64,000 bases of DNA from Nitrososphaeria archaeon (GCA_029775965.1 JARVJU010000011.1:24-64023), one strand, 5' to 3'. Positions 9,146 to 20,144 are shown, counted from the stretch's first letter. Notes: generated from the sequence alone by a model not told the origin. Numbers and translations: made by a program.

Positions 9146-10321
9146 CTATCTCACCCTCCTTCTGTATGCTGAATATACGGCTATATCGTATACTATTTTG
9201 ACTAGCCCTCCAATGATTATCGGTATAATTGCATAGCCTGTTGATAGAAGTAAGCCAGTGGTAGGCCCGCCAAAAAGGTTAGCAACGCTCCTTGATGTAT
9301 TCGTCACAGCATTTGCAACCACTCTCTCTTCCCTATTGAATACCTGAATCATGAACGCTTGCCTAGTAGGTACATCCATCTGGGACATACTCTGCCTCAT
9401 GAAAAGGAAAGATACAGCCAACGCAAAAGAACCAGCAATTGGTATACTGACCAGAAAGATATTAGATATAAGATGTGTATATACCATAGTTCGAAGATTT
9501 CCTATCTTTTCAGCTATTAAAGGGGCCACAAGCGTAGATATTGCTGTTATTACATTCGCGACTAGAAAAATTAAGCCCAATGAGCTAAGTGATGCGTGAT
9601 ACACAAAGTAGAACCAGTAGGATAGAATAGATTGTGTCACAAACCCTCCTCCAAACGCATCAGTGAAAAAAAGCACAGAAAGTTTAGTTATATCCCTTAT
9701 CACTCTTTTCTCAAGAATTGGCAAAGGAGAACCTTTAGCATCTTGTTTCTGTGGATTTGTCAACTTGAATGTTGAGTAGATACTGAGCATAGTCAACCCA
9801 ACAATTCCATATATGAGGTAAAGAAGCCTAAAGGATTCCAGTGAATTGTTAAAGTACGAAGGGATAGAAGAAGCTAAAGCTCCGATAGATGAGGATGCAT
9901 ACCCTATGACATTATATACACCATACGCTCTTCCAGCTTTCGCCTCTCCAATGTAATTCGGGATGATTGCTGTCTCAACTGATTGAAACGGTCCAGCTTC
10001 AGTTCCTGTAACGCTGATGTTTCCTATGAAAGCAGCAACCAATATTGCTGCAAGACTATTTGCAAAGAAGAAGATTAGGCCAGATACGAACATAAGGAAG
10101 CTGAATGATAGAATTATTGTCTTGGTTCCAACAATTCTGTTGAACCAGGTAAGAAGTATATTTGAAAGTATATTTCCTGATACTATAGCAGCTAGGGAAA
10201 GCCCAACATAGAAGGGTGAAAAGCCAAGAATGCTGAGGTAGACAGGAGTCATTATACTGACCATGCCGAACACAAAGACTCTCATCGCTTTGATTGAATA
10301 GATGCTGATTATCACTTGCAT
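9146..10321 (-). CDS. MFS-type transporter (unknown substrate)
   Basis: 391 aa, about 12 hydrophobic spans, no sugar-porter motifs. Confidence 0.6.
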   Translation of the reverse strand: MQVIISIYSIKAMRVFVFGMVSIMTPVYLSILGFSPFYVGLSLAAIVSGNILSNILLTWFNRIVGTKTIILSFSFLMFVSGLIFFFANSLAAILVAAFIGNISVTGTEAGPFQSVETAIIPNYIGEAKAGRAYGVYNVIGYASSSIGALASSIPSYFNNSLESFRLLYLIYGIVGLTMLSIYSTFKLTNPQKQDAKGSPLPILEKRVIRDITKLSVLFFTDAFGGGFVTQSILSYWFYFVYHASLSSLGLIFLVANVITAISTLVAPLIAEKIGNLRTMVYTHLISNIFLVSIPIAGSFALAVSFLFMRQSMSQMDVPTRQAFMIQVFNREERVVANAVTNTSRSVANLFGGPTTGLLLSTGYAIIPIIIGGLVKIVYDIAVYSAYRRRVR

Positions 10322-10533
10322 TTCTGACAGCTGCCACTGACGGCAGCAGAAAACAGCTATATTATTTTATGCTGATATCGCAGGAATTCTTTTTATCATG
10401 CTATAGCTGGAATGATCATTCAGCCTAACAGGCATTGGCTGCTTGGTTATCAGGAAATTGGAAATATCTTATACTGTTAACCTAGCTGCAGCACTTAATC
10501 CAAGCATAGTTGATTAAAGCGAGGTATCAAATG

Positions 10534-13053
10534 TCAGCCGCCTAAAGAGGTCACCTTTGTTCCTTCTGAAGTCTTATCAAACTTGTATATCATAGCAACT
10601 TCAGAATTTTCGAATATCTCCTCATCATGTGTTATTATTATTATCTGGTTCAGCATTGAGTTGCCTTCTCTAGAAACAATGTCTGATATCAGTCTAACCA
10701 AAGACCTCCTCCTCTCTTCATCCAAATGGGTAGTAGGTTCATCAAAGACGATGAAGTCTACACTACCTTTACCTATAAGGTCTGCTATCGCAAACCTTAA
10801 TGCTAATGCTATGGCAACCTTTTCCCCTCCGCTCATAGAGCTGACGGGCACCTCTCCTCCTTCGCCATAGCAGATGATGTTAATCTCCCTCTTTCCTTCC
10901 CTAAATTCTATCTGGGATATGCCTATTCCAAACTCTCTTACATATTCTGAGGCCTTTTTGCTGATCTGTCTTAGGGCCCATGACCTTACACTTGTAGCCA
11001 AAATACCATCTCTGTTATATATTTCGTTTCTGATCTTTTCGTAAATATTCACATATCGCCTTGCAAGCTCGAGTTCATCTTTTGCTTTGCTGAGCCTTTC
11101 GACTTCTTCTCTCAGTTTCTCTATATTGTCCCTTAAAGCTCCTCTCTGCTCTCTCAGATTTTGCAGTTTCGGCATCACTTCCTGATCGTGTTTCCTCTTA
11201 GCAGCAACGTAGGAATCTTCATCATAACCCTTTGCCTCATCAAGCAGATTGATGATCTGGTTAGCAAGACCTGAAGCAAAGTCATCTATTTTCAAACTAA
11301 GTATGTCAGCTTTTTGGATATCATCTGGTATAGATTTAAGCTTCTGCAGTAGCTCTTCTCTCCTCTTGTGCATAATAGCTATATCCTCTTCGCCAGATAT
11401 CTTGTTTTCATTGAGAAATGATTCTGCCGCTATGATTTTATTTTGTACTTTTTGAAGCTCTTGTTTTCTAGCTCTGATCATGTTAAGCCTTGTATATGCC
11501 ACTTCTCTCTCTTTTTCAAACTGCCCAAGATCATCGATCTTCTTCTTTGCCTCTTGTAACTCATCTTCCTTTTCCCTTATTTCTTGCTCTATCTCTTCCT
11601 TCTCCTTTGAGACATTGTTAAACTGACCTGTGTACTCTTCAAGCATCTTCTGTGCAGACTCATATTCCTGTAAGGCGGAAAGCAATTGTTGAACATTCTT
11701 CAGCTCTTCCTCTATCGTTATGAGCTCTTTCTCCTTTCTATCCTTTTCATTCATCTTCGAAGTGAGCTTCATCTCTATATTCTCGGGAGTCACAACTGTA
11801 TCACATACGGGACATACACCCTTCTCCATGAGAGTTGTATAATCATTTATCTTATCTCTTATACCACCAAGCTCATCCCTTATGCTCTCCTCCTTTCTGC
11901 TAAACTCATCCCTTTTTAGTTCAAGCTCCTTTCTTTCTCCAGGCTTGCTAATCTGTTTGAGCTGCTCGATCTTTACAGATAGAGTAGTCAGTTCTTCTTT
12001 TGTCCTATTCAATCTATTCCTTGCCTGGACCACATCTCTTTCTAGCTTCTGCAAATCTACAGCCTTCAGCTCTGCTATCTTCACATCCAGCTGTCGCAGT
12101 CCCTCGTTGAGTTCATCCTCATCTTTCGTCAACTGGTTCAGCTCGATCTCTACACCCTCCTTTTGAGTCATTAGCTGGAGAGATTCCTTTGCTTTAGGTA
12201 TCTTCCTTGCAAGCTCTTTTTCCTCTTCGTTCATCTTTGACCTTTGATCATTAACATATTTTCTCAAGTTCTCAGCGAATCTTTCCGCATTTTCCGCTTT
12301 TCTCTTCATATCTTCCAGCACTCTTATCTTTTCAGACAGCTGGTTCTGCTCTATCTGAATCTCTGCAAGTTCATTCTCCAATTCTGTAAGAGAGGCAGTC
12401 TTTTGTTTTATTTCTATCTGGTCACCTTCTATCTTAGCAACAATATCATCTATACTGTCTGTATCATAGTTTTCATACTTTGCTCTTAACCTAGATTTGA
12501 AATCAATAAGAGAGTCTTTCATAGATTGATATGCTCTGTCGAGCCTCTCTATCCCTATAACTTCATTTATGAGATTCTTCATCTCTGAAGGTTTATACTC
12601 GGTTATAATCTTATCCAGCTCTCCCTGCTGAACTATTGTTGCTATCTTCATCATATCAAAGCTCAGTCCTGTAATCTTTCTAATCTCTTCAGCCATAGAT
12701 TCTTCCATCTGCCTCCTTTCTCCAGCAGCTATCTGCCTTATACTACCATTATCTATCTCCTTCAGCACAGCTGAAAGCAGTCTTCCTCTGGAATCAATCT
12801 TTCTTTCAGCCAAGTAGATTTTGCCCGCTATGCGGAGCTGCACGGATACAGCAGCTTGAGATGAACCTCTCATTACAAGGTTTCTGTTCTCATCCCCTCT
12901 CATATGTTTCCCGTACAGTGCAAAGGTCACGCCATCTATGACAGATGATTTTCCAGCACCGTTCTGCCCAACAAAGACACTTATCCCACTGCCAAGCTTT
13001 AGAGAAGTATGCTTATGCGATATAAAATTCTCGAGCTGCACTTCTTCTATCAT
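10534..13053 (-). CDS. rad50: DNA double-strand break repair ATPase Rad50
   Basis: Walker A GQNGAGKSS, a long coiled coil with the zinc hook CPVCD, signature SGGEKVAIALALRFA, and Walker B FIVFDEPTTHLD. Confidence 0.95.
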   Translation of the reverse strand: MIEEVQLENFISHKHTSLKLGSGISVFVGQNGAGKSSVIDGVTFALYGKHMRGDENRNLVMRGSSQAAVSVQLRIAGKIYLAERKIDSRGRLLSAVLKEIDNGSIRQIAAGERRQMEESMAEEIRKITGLSFDMMKIATIVQQGELDKIITEYKPSEMKNLINEVIGIERLDRAYQSMKDSLIDFKSRLRAKYENYDTDSIDDIVAKIEGDQIEIKQKTASLTELENELAEIQIEQNQLSEKIRVLEDMKRKAENAERFAENLRKYVNDQRSKMNEEEKELARKIPKAKESLQLMTQKEGVEIELNQLTKDEDELNEGLRQLDVKIAELKAVDLQKLERDVVQARNRLNRTKEELTTLSVKIEQLKQISKPGERKELELKRDEFSRKEESIRDELGGIRDKINDYTTLMEKGVCPVCDTVVTPENIEMKLTSKMNEKDRKEKELITIEEELKNVQQLLSALQEYESAQKMLEEYTGQFNNVSKEKEEIEQEIREKEDELQEAKKKIDDLGQFEKEREVAYTRLNMIRARKQELQKVQNKIIAAESFLNENKISGEEDIAIMHKRREELLQKLKSIPDDIQKADILSLKIDDFASGLANQIINLLDEAKGYDEDSYVAAKRKHDQEVMPKLQNLREQRGALRDNIEKLREEVERLSKAKDELELARRYVNIYEKIRNEIYNRDGILATSVRSWALRQISKKASEYVREFGIGISQIEFREGKREINIICYGEGGEVPVSSMSGGEKVAIALALRFAIADLIGKGSVDFIVFDEPTTHLDEERRRSLVRLISDIVSREGNSMLNQIIIITHDEEIFENSEVAMIYKFDKTSEGTKVTSLGG

Positions 13054-14195
13054 ATCTTCCTTCGCTCCTCAAAATATTTCCAGAGTATATCGGTAGCTTC
13101 CTTGCTATTGCCTTCAGCCAATAGAGGAAGTATTTCATTTATAGCAAGGGTTGCTACTTCCTTGCTTCCTAGGATACCCTCTGCCATTCGCAGCATCTCC
13201 TGCTCAATATCACCAGGCCTTTCTACAAGCTCTTTCGTAGCATCTGAAACTGTTTCTTTGGTATTCCACTGATAGTAAAGAGCATGATCTTCAAGCTTTC
13301 TCAAAGAGCTCGCTATCTTGGCACTATCTAATTCTTTCCCTTTGACTACTATATCCAGCATCGGTTTCTTTGCAAGGTCTTTTATCTTCGATATAATATC
13401 ATTAACCATTGCATCCATCTTTTCGTATTCAATATCAAACGAGTATTGCTTCCTTGTACTGCTCAGCTCTATCCATTGTGTAGATGCTTCTTGCTTTGAA
13501 AGATCGACAATATAGAACCCCTTTCTTAACTCTCTTATCCCTTCGCTAGCTGTAGCATCTAATGAGCCAGGATAGCAGACAGGTCCTTTTAGACCTTCGA
13601 ACCTTTTCTCAAATCTGTCGTGAAGATGACCCATTGCATAGTAGTCAAAGCTCTTCGGTAAATCGCTAGAGTTTATTTCACCCGCAAACTTGTGAAATTC
13701 ATACATTCCCTGATGCAGTACAAGTATCTTCTTTCCTTTTGCACTGTAAAGTTCTTGGTCAAGGGATGATAGTCTGCTCTTTAACTCATCAACCTCATCC
13801 TTTCTCCTCTTATGAAAGCCTACAATCGTAAGTCCATCTAAAACTTCCCTAGCTTTGCCATCACCTATGTATGTTGCAAGATCAACATGCTGGTATAGCA
13901 GAGGAGAGGGTATGCTGTAGAGCCTGCTTATATCATGCTCTCCCATGGTGAATACAAATTTTATACCCTTCTCCTTAAGTTTCTTAAGAGAATCAACGAG
14001 CTTCACCAATGCAGTGCCCGAGGGTTTCGGAACATCAAACACATCCCCCGCATGCACAACAAGCTGAACTCTTTCTCTTATCACTATTTCAATCGCCTCG
14101 CTGAATGATTCATAGAAGTCATTCTCTCTCTCAGGCTTGTTATACGGTATGGCACCCAAATGACTGTCAGATATATGCCCAATCAGCATAGTCAT
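13050..14195 (-). CDS. mre11: DNA double-strand break repair nuclease Mre11
   Basis: Phosphoesterase motifs GHISDSHLG, HAGDVFD, GEHD and GHLH. It has 4-nt overlaps with both neighbours. Confidence 0.9.
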   Translation of the reverse strand: MTMLIGHISDSHLGAIPYNKPERENDFYESFSEAIEIVIRERVQLVVHAGDVFDVPKPSGTALVKLVDSLKKLKEKGIKFVFTMGEHDISRLYSIPSPLLYQHVDLATYIGDGKAREVLDGLTIVGFHKRRKDEVDELKSRLSSLDQELYSAKGKKILVLHQGMYEFHKFAGEINSSDLPKSFDYYAMGHLHDRFEKRFEGLKGPVCYPGSLDATASEGIRELRKGFYIVDLSKQEASTQWIELSSTRKQYSFDIEYEKMDAMVNDIISKIKDLAKKPMLDIVVKGKELDSAKIASSLRKLEDHALYYQWNTKETVSDATKELVERPGDIEQEMLRMAEGILGSKEVATLAINEILPLLAEGNSKEATDILWKYFEERRKI

Positions 14196-15697
14196 TCCTC
14201 TCTTATGAATTGGGAAGTGCTTTCCTTTGCCATATTTTTAATTCTTGCAGTTTGAGACCATTCAGCTACTGCATTGATGTCAGCACCCATCAACTTTTCA
14301 GGAACCTTTTCTATTTTTACTATCGATGGCAGCACAACCCATTGTCCTAGCAGTATCGCTTCTCCAACATTAAGAGAGGGTAAAAACTTCCCAAGCTCCT
14401 CGGATACCAGCTCTGTAGATTCTATAATGTAGTTTTGATCCTTGGGCTGGGTTATTCTCAGAACAGCAAGAGAACCCATCTGGCTCAGAATATCCTGATC
14501 TACTCTGCTTGGTCTCTGTGATACAACAATTAGAGAAACTCCAAATTTTCTTCCCTCCCTGGCTATCTTTGCTGCTACAGCCTTTGTCTTACTCGTAGCA
14601 TCTTCAGCTGGAAGGAATGTATGTGCCTCTTCTATAGCTATTATGATAGGAGAAATGAATTTAGCCTGTCCTTCTTCTCTATTTAGGCTAATCATCCTTG
14701 CAAGCTTTCTATCTTCAAGAATCCTGTCCAAGTAGTAAGAAATTACAGTATCAGCTTGAGCCTCTGTCAGGTCCAGCATGTTCAAAACATTTACCCTGTT
14801 TGGCTGCAACTGGTCTATCGGATCTTTTATATCAGGATCCAGCACTCTTCCCTTTCTTCTGAGCGCTCTATCGATTATCTCCGCCACTCTCTCAGCTGTT
14901 CTCCTTGTCTGTAGATCTTCATTGCTGTTTGCTATATCGTTTAGATGTCTTAGCAACTGATCCCAAAAGTCTGTGGCCTCCCTTACTTCCCTTGAAAAAG
15001 CCCTGTAAAGGACAGCTCTTTGCCTTTCTGCCTTCTCTCTTATGTCGAGCATTCCTGCAAGCTCTTCTGCATCGAGAAGCCTAGGATTCACCTTTGCCTG
15101 TATATGCACTATGCCATCAATCTTAAGGTCTGAATATTCGCCATGGTAATCGAGTATAAGCATAGTACCATTAAGCTCGGCAATTCTCTTCGCTATAAGG
15201 CCCAGTAGATTTGATTTTCCTCCACCAGTAGCTGCAAGTATTGCTAGATGCCTGCTGGCTATCTTGTTAGGATCTACCCCTATACTTACCTCGTTATTTC
15301 TTAGCAAAGTACCTAGCTTTATCCATCCCTCCTTAGCAAAGATCATAGAGAGGGTTGATGCATCAGCTTCACTCACTTCAGTACCCGGAATAGATGGCAG
15401 GGAAGGGATCTTTGAGTAACCATTCCTGAGCTCTTCAACCAGCCCGAGGACTCTAGTTGTTGCACTGTACCTTTTATCCCTTGGGTTACCAGATGCTGCT
15501 CTGCTACCTTCTACTGCAGACTCGTAGCTCATTGCATTTTTCATCACATCGCTTGTGATAATGCTGTCTTCAACAAGAGCAAGAGCTTTACCTTCTGGAG
15601 TATCCACAAATATATATTCCCCAACCTTTACTGGCCTATTTGCCACAAAGGCAAAGGTGTATGGCTTGCTCCCTGCATCCACTACTCCAATATTCAT
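14192..15697 (-). CDS. herA: HerA hexameric DNA translocase/helicase
   Basis: N-terminal barrel region, Walker A AATGGGKSN, Walker B IIIAIEEAHTFLP. Its operon position is between nurA and mre11. Confidence 0.9.
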   Translation of the reverse strand: MNIGVVDAGSKPYTFAFVANRPVKVGEYIFVDTPEGKALALVEDSIITSDVMKNAMSYESAVEGSRAASGNPRDKRYSATTRVLGLVEELRNGYSKIPSLPSIPGTEVSEADASTLSMIFAKEGWIKLGTLLRNNEVSIGVDPNKIASRHLAILAATGGGKSNLLGLIAKRIAELNGTMLILDYHGEYSDLKIDGIVHIQAKVNPRLLDAEELAGMLDIREKAERQRAVLYRAFSREVREATDFWDQLLRHLNDIANSNEDLQTRRTAERVAEIIDRALRRKGRVLDPDIKDPIDQLQPNRVNVLNMLDLTEAQADTVISYYLDRILEDRKLARMISLNREEGQAKFISPIIIAIEEAHTFLPAEDATSKTKAVAAKIAREGRKFGVSLIVVSQRPSRVDQDILSQMGSLAVLRITQPKDQNYIIESTELVSEELGKFLPSLNVGEAILLGQWVVLPSIVKIEKVPEKLMGADINAVAEWSQTARIKNMAKESTSQFIREE

Positions 15698-16563
15698 TCA
15701 TTCAACACTTCCCTTGCCCCTGCCTCAACATCCAATCCCAATGCTACAGCTAGACTTTGCATATCATCATCACTTATCTTGCACCTTTGGTGCGCCAATC
15801 TTAGAGCGTAGGGATAACCATTAAATCTCTTCTCCCCTAGGACGTCAAATACCTTCCTGCATTCATTCTGGTCAAGATTGCCAGGCACTTCAACTTTGAG
15901 GCATGGCTGATAATCATCAAGCCTAGCGTAGAAGATTGTGATCCCTACCTGATCGTAATAGGGCATAGAGAATCCTGCATTCTTTGTAGCTTTGGTAAAG
16001 TAGTAAATATCGCCAAGCGTACCTTTGAGCATGAGATTACTCTCGGATGTCTTTGCCACGAATACTATATTCTGCTTTGACATAAGTTCTTTTGCATATG
16101 TATAAAAATCTACATTCTTCTTCTGCCTTCTGTCATAATACCTTGCAAGGAGTGAACCATCTACGAGGACATAATCACATCTTTCAATGCTATCCAGAGC
16201 AGAAAGATATTCATAATCCATACCTCTGCTGGAGAGATACAGTGTAGGGTTGTAGACAATTCTTTTACCTTCATTTTCTTCCACTTCCAAAGTATCTATA
16301 CCAACATCATATTTTGGATCAGTAGCGAAGGATCCATCTGCATACACAGACACCGCCTCAACAGCATATAGATAATATCCATGGTACTTTAGATAATTCC
16401 AACTGCTGTCTATAGCTGAGATTCTCTTTGTACTGTGTTGTTGCTTATAAACTATCCATCTTTCTTGTGCAGATTTATAGAGCTCGTTGTTTGCTCTTAT
16501 GTCTAATACTTTGAGAAGCTTCTCCCTATTCTTGACTGCATAGCTGTAGGTCTGAACGAGCAT
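15694..16563 (-). CDS. nurA: NurA 5'-3' nuclease
   Basis: 289 aa with AIDSSWNY and VLVDGSLL acidic motifs. It is the first gene of the herA-mre11-rad50 operon and has a 4-nt overlap with herA. Confidence 0.75.
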   Translation of the reverse strand: MLVQTYSYAVKNREKLLKVLDIRANNELYKSAQERWIVYKQQHSTKRISAIDSSWNYLKYHGYYLYAVEAVSVYADGSFATDPKYDVGIDTLEVEENEGKRIVYNPTLYLSSRGMDYEYLSALDSIERCDYVLVDGSLLARYYDRRQKKNVDFYTYAKELMSKQNIVFVAKTSESNLMLKGTLGDIYYFTKATKNAGFSMPYYDQVGITIFYARLDDYQPCLKVEVPGNLDQNECRKVFDVLGEKRFNGYPYALRLAHQRCKISDDDMQSLAVALGLDVEAGAREVLNE

Positions 16564-17098
16564 GGCTGATTTATTAAGCTAGAAGGTATATAATAGTAGC
16601 CTTACAATATAATGAAAGCTAGGCCCTATATCTCTTTGCTGAGGCACTTTGAGTGTGAAGCCTAACTCTGGAGTCATCGGTATACTGGTTCTACAGATAT
16701 CAATGCCTTGCGTTTTGGAGTCAGAAATTTTATACCTAATGCATTCTAAACACTTTTCTTTATACTAGCCATAAATCATTCTTCACTTTCCTCTCCTTGC
16801 TAACAGCCATAAAGGTAGTTGTTTTGCACTAGCAAATTACTCGTCAGCTTAACTGTGTAGATTGTCCAATCCCACAAGATGATAGTTACGAAGGTGAATA
16901 CAATCGGGTGCTTCTCTCAACACTGTCTTCGAATAGATTTTGGTAGATCTGTCCATTAATAATGGACAATTTCTAAATTTCTGCCCATCAAACAGGTGTT
17001 GAGTAGCAAAGAATCAGTTATATAGATTGGACATACCTTTTCTTGGCATAGTAGATAAGGTTGATATTTAAGCAAATTCTATTCTATTTACAAAAATC

Positions 17099-17869
17099 TC
17101 AAATCTTTCCTAAGAGCCTTACCTTGCTGAAGACGTGTCTATAGCAGAAAAATCCTATGAATAGCATAAGAAGTGAGGTAAGTGAAATAGTCGCTAGCGA
17201 ATACGAAGATAACGGAGCTGATGCCGCAGCTGAGCGAAGAGCATCAGCTATCTGCGATAATGGGTTATATGCTATTGCAATAGTTGCATACCACGGCATA
17301 ATTGATTCTACAGCTGGCAATGGGTAGAACACAGTGCTCATGCCGAGAAGAGCCATCTGAACACCTTCTGCAAAAGCCCAGAATCTGTCACCTCCTCCAG
17401 AGAAGAGGTTTATCACAGCTGCGATACCTCCAAGCCCCATAGAAACGAAGAACATGAATGGTATCATGGCCAATGTTGATAGAGAGAGAAGGCCATGAAC
17501 AAAAGAAAAGGCCACGACCAACAGTATACTACTGAATATTAACCCTCCAAGCCCAGCTGAAAGGATGTGAGCAAAAGCTAAACCGTTAAGAGAAAGAGGT
17601 AAGCTCAGATAGTATTGGGAAACTCCTTCAGAAAGACCCAGGTGAACCCTTCTCCCTACATCCAAGGCAGCTGCGAACATTCCTGCTATTATAACTCCTG
17701 GGACATAGAAGACAAAATAGTCAAAGTTCATCATATTTGTGTATACAAGCCCCACAACGAACATATCAGACAGGTTAAGTGTGATCAGCGTAAGTATCAA
17801 CCACTTTGTTCTAAAAAAATAAGATAGGTCAACTCTTGTAACCTTTACCAGAGCAGCTAGTTGGCTCAA
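17099..17869 (-). CDS. ABC-2 type transporter permease
   Basis: 256 aa, about 6 TM spans, 4-nt overlap with the upstream permease. Confidence 0.7.
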   Translation of the reverse strand: MSQLAALVKVTRVDLSYFFRTKWLILTLITLNLSDMFVVGLVYTNMMNFDYFVFYVPGVIIAGMFAAALDVGRRVHLGLSEGVSQYYLSLPLSLNGLAFAHILSAGLGGLIFSSILLVVAFSFVHGLLSLSTLAMIPFMFFVSMGLGGIAAVINLFSGGGDRFWAFAEGVQMALLGMSTVFYPLPAVESIMPWYATIAIAYNPLSQIADALRSAAASAPLSSYSLATISLTSLLMLFIGFFCYRHVFSKVRLLGKI

Positions 17870-18633
17870 GATGATTTGACACCTTCAACAAACTTAGTAG
17901 CGAAGAAGATACCGAGAAATATGGTTCCGACTGCCAGAGCAACAAGAACAGATGTAGCCATAGATGCATTAAGGAGAAGAGAATTGTCAAGACCTATAGC
18001 TCTTCTCAGCAAATCTGCCCCGTAGGCTATTGGATTAGAAAGAGTGGCTCTGGCATATAACTCATTCATAGATGATATTGGGTAGCTTATAGTACTGAAC
18101 CTTATAAGCAGAGCACTCAACGCTGCAACAATTGCGCTGTAGATATCGAAGGACTTGAAGGCTATAACAGATAGAGATACCATAAGACCCATGATACCGA
18201 TAGCAAGCAACGTGATAACGGCTAAAGTTGACACAAAGCTAAAGGGTGTAAAAAGGCCACTCAGAAGTAACACTATTAGAACGGGAGGTAGTGTACGAAT
18301 CAGATTTACTATTACTCCTAGTGCAAGCTGTTCCATGAAGAATTCTCCTCTTCCTATGGGAAGTGAAAGAATGTACCTCAGCCTTCCTTCATGCGCTCCT
18401 TCCACGAACCTTCTGCCACTCCATGATGCTATGTTGAATGTTGAAAGAACTACTAGACCGGTGCCATAGTAGAAGAAATAATTATGAACAGTAACAACTA
18501 ATGTTGATATGATTGAGCCGTAGACAAAGAACTGAAAGAGAAAGTATATCCATGAATAGCCTACCCAAAGCAAAGAATTGAATGCTTCTCTCAGGTCAAA
18601 CATTAATAGCGAAGAAATCTGATATGTATTCAT
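17866..18633 (-). CDS. ABC-2 type transporter permease
   Basis: 255 aa, about 6 TM spans, abuts the ATPase gene. Confidence 0.7.
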   Translation of the reverse strand: MNTYQISSLLMFDLREAFNSLLWVGYSWIYFLFQFFVYGSIISTLVVTVHNYFFYYGTGLVVLSTFNIASWSGRRFVEGAHEGRLRYILSLPIGRGEFFMEQLALGVIVNLIRTLPPVLIVLLLSGLFTPFSFVSTLAVITLLAIGIMGLMVSLSVIAFKSFDIYSAIVAALSALLIRFSTISYPISSMNELYARATLSNPIAYGADLLRRAIGLDNSLLLNASMATSVLVALAVGTIFLGIFFATKFVEGVKSS

Positions 18634-19586
18634 CAGGCTACACTCTTCCTAGGCTTGACTATAGTCATGAATATGTCATCAAGGGATGGCTCGGTTATAT
18701 GAATAGATTGAATTCTTACCCCTTGCAGATGCTTTACAGCAATAGGAAGCCAATCCTCTGACCTTGTCACGGAAACCCTTAGATGCCTTGGGTCCACCTC
18801 TATTATTCCAACTGTTCCCGGTATAGTTCTAATTATCTCAACAACAAAACTCGTAGCAGGCTCAGCAAACTCTAGGTCTACAACATCTCCTCCTCTGACA
18901 CTATCCTTAAGGTTAGACAATGTATCAGTTACAACATCTTTCCCAGAAGAAAATATCGTTATTTTATCCGCCAAGTACTCTGCTTCTCTTACTTCGTTGG
19001 TTGCAACAATTATTGTAGAACCTCTTTCGCTAAGCTCTTTTATCTTGTCCCAAACTAGGCGTTTTCCATCAAGGTCAACCATTGCAGTCGGTTCATCGAG
19101 TAATGCCAGTCTAGGAGGACTTACAAAGAGTTTTGCTACCTCGAGTCTTTTTGCTTGTCCGCCCGATAAATCCATGAATTTCTTATCTTTCGAATCCCAT
19201 AGCTCGAACTCCTTTAGCGTTCTTTCTACTATTTTAGAGCGTTCCGGTTCTCTCACACCATACATGGAGGCATGGAATGATAGAATATGCTTTGGCTTAT
19301 GTCTCCAGAAGCCTCTGGGATCTTGAAAGGCTATGGCTACAAGCCGCCTAACCTGCAGCTGCTGCCTGACTATATCATAGCCAAGAACGCTAGCTGTACC
19401 CTCAGAAGGTCTAAGCACAGTTGATATAAGGTGCAGAAAGGTTGTTTTCCCTGACCCGTTTGGTCCTAGCAGCACTCTTATCCTAGAGGTTTCTATCTTT
19501 ATATTAAGCCTGTCCAAGGCTCTAAAGTTGCCGTATCGCTTAGTCAGGTCGTAAGTTTCCACTGCAAAGCTCAAGCAGAATGTCAC
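18633..19586 (-). CDS. ABC transporter ATP-binding protein (ABC-2/DrrA-like)
   Basis: Walker A GPNGSGKTT, signature LSGGQAKRLEVA, Walker B LALLDEPTAMVD. The listed start is GTG; the true start may be a few codons downstream. Confidence 0.9.
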   Translation of the reverse strand: MTFCLSFAVETYDLTKRYGNFRALDRLNIKIETSRIRVLLGPNGSGKTTFLHLISTVLRPSEGTASVLGYDIVRQQLQVRRLVAIAFQDPRGFWRHKPKHILSFHASMYGVREPERSKIVERTLKEFELWDSKDKKFMDLSGGQAKRLEVAKLFVSPPRLALLDEPTAMVDLDGKRLVWDKIKELSERGSTIIVATNEVREAEYLADKITIFSSGKDVVTDTLSNLKDSVRGGDVVDLEFAEPATSFVVEIIRTIPGTVGIIEVDPRHLRVSVTRSEDWLPIAVKHLQGVRIQSIHITEPSLDDIFMTIVKPRKSVA

Positions 19587-20144
19587 CCTTGAGGAATCTG
19601 GACAAGCGTACCATGCCTCAATGAGATAATATTTATCATTTGCTCAGGATGAGCTGAGTATGTTAAGGTAGATCTTATTATAAATCAACCTGGTATCTTG
19701 AAATTCACAGTTAACCACAGATAGAGCTAGCTTGATACAGAAAAATTTAAAGTTGACAATGTCAGTCTCAAAGGTATCCAAGCTCCAAAGCCTGCTGGGA
19801 AGTTCCAGAGAGCATCTTTATCTATACCTTTTTAAAGGACAAGAACAGTTTTCAATTTTATTAGATATAAGTAAAGAAACAGATAAATTGCGGAATAGGT
19901 CTCATATGATAGCGGCATCAATCCTTTCAGTTGAGCATGAACTTTTTGTGTACATGATTTATAACCAGATAACAAGCCATTACTACAGGTATTTCATGCA
20001 AGGGCAGAATAGTCTGGATTATAGACAATCAATATATTAGCGAAAGAAAAAAAGTTTGTCAATTATTGTTCAACCACCATTGTGATAAGTTTTGTACGAG
20101 ACACATAGAAAAGGTTAAATCTACTATTTTGAATTTAAGTTGTT

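Noticed and set aside
10329-10421. Hairpin GCTGCC-ACTGAC-GGCAGC (10329-10346) and 12-bp palindrome GAATGATCATTC (10410-10421) upstream of the MFS gene
   Set aside because: These are short elements that can occur by chance in AT-rich spacers. I saw no second copy or associated regulator. They are noted only as possible operator sites.
16564-17098. Possible replication origin in the 535-bp spacer
   Set aside because: There is no orc1/cdc6 gene nearby, and I could not find repeated ORB-like elements. There is only one palindrome.
19732-20040. 102-aa ORF in the spacer after the ABC operon
   Set aside because: It has an alternative start codon, no motifs, and an AT-rich, stop-poor sequence context typical of chance ORFs. 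It is kept as non-coding.
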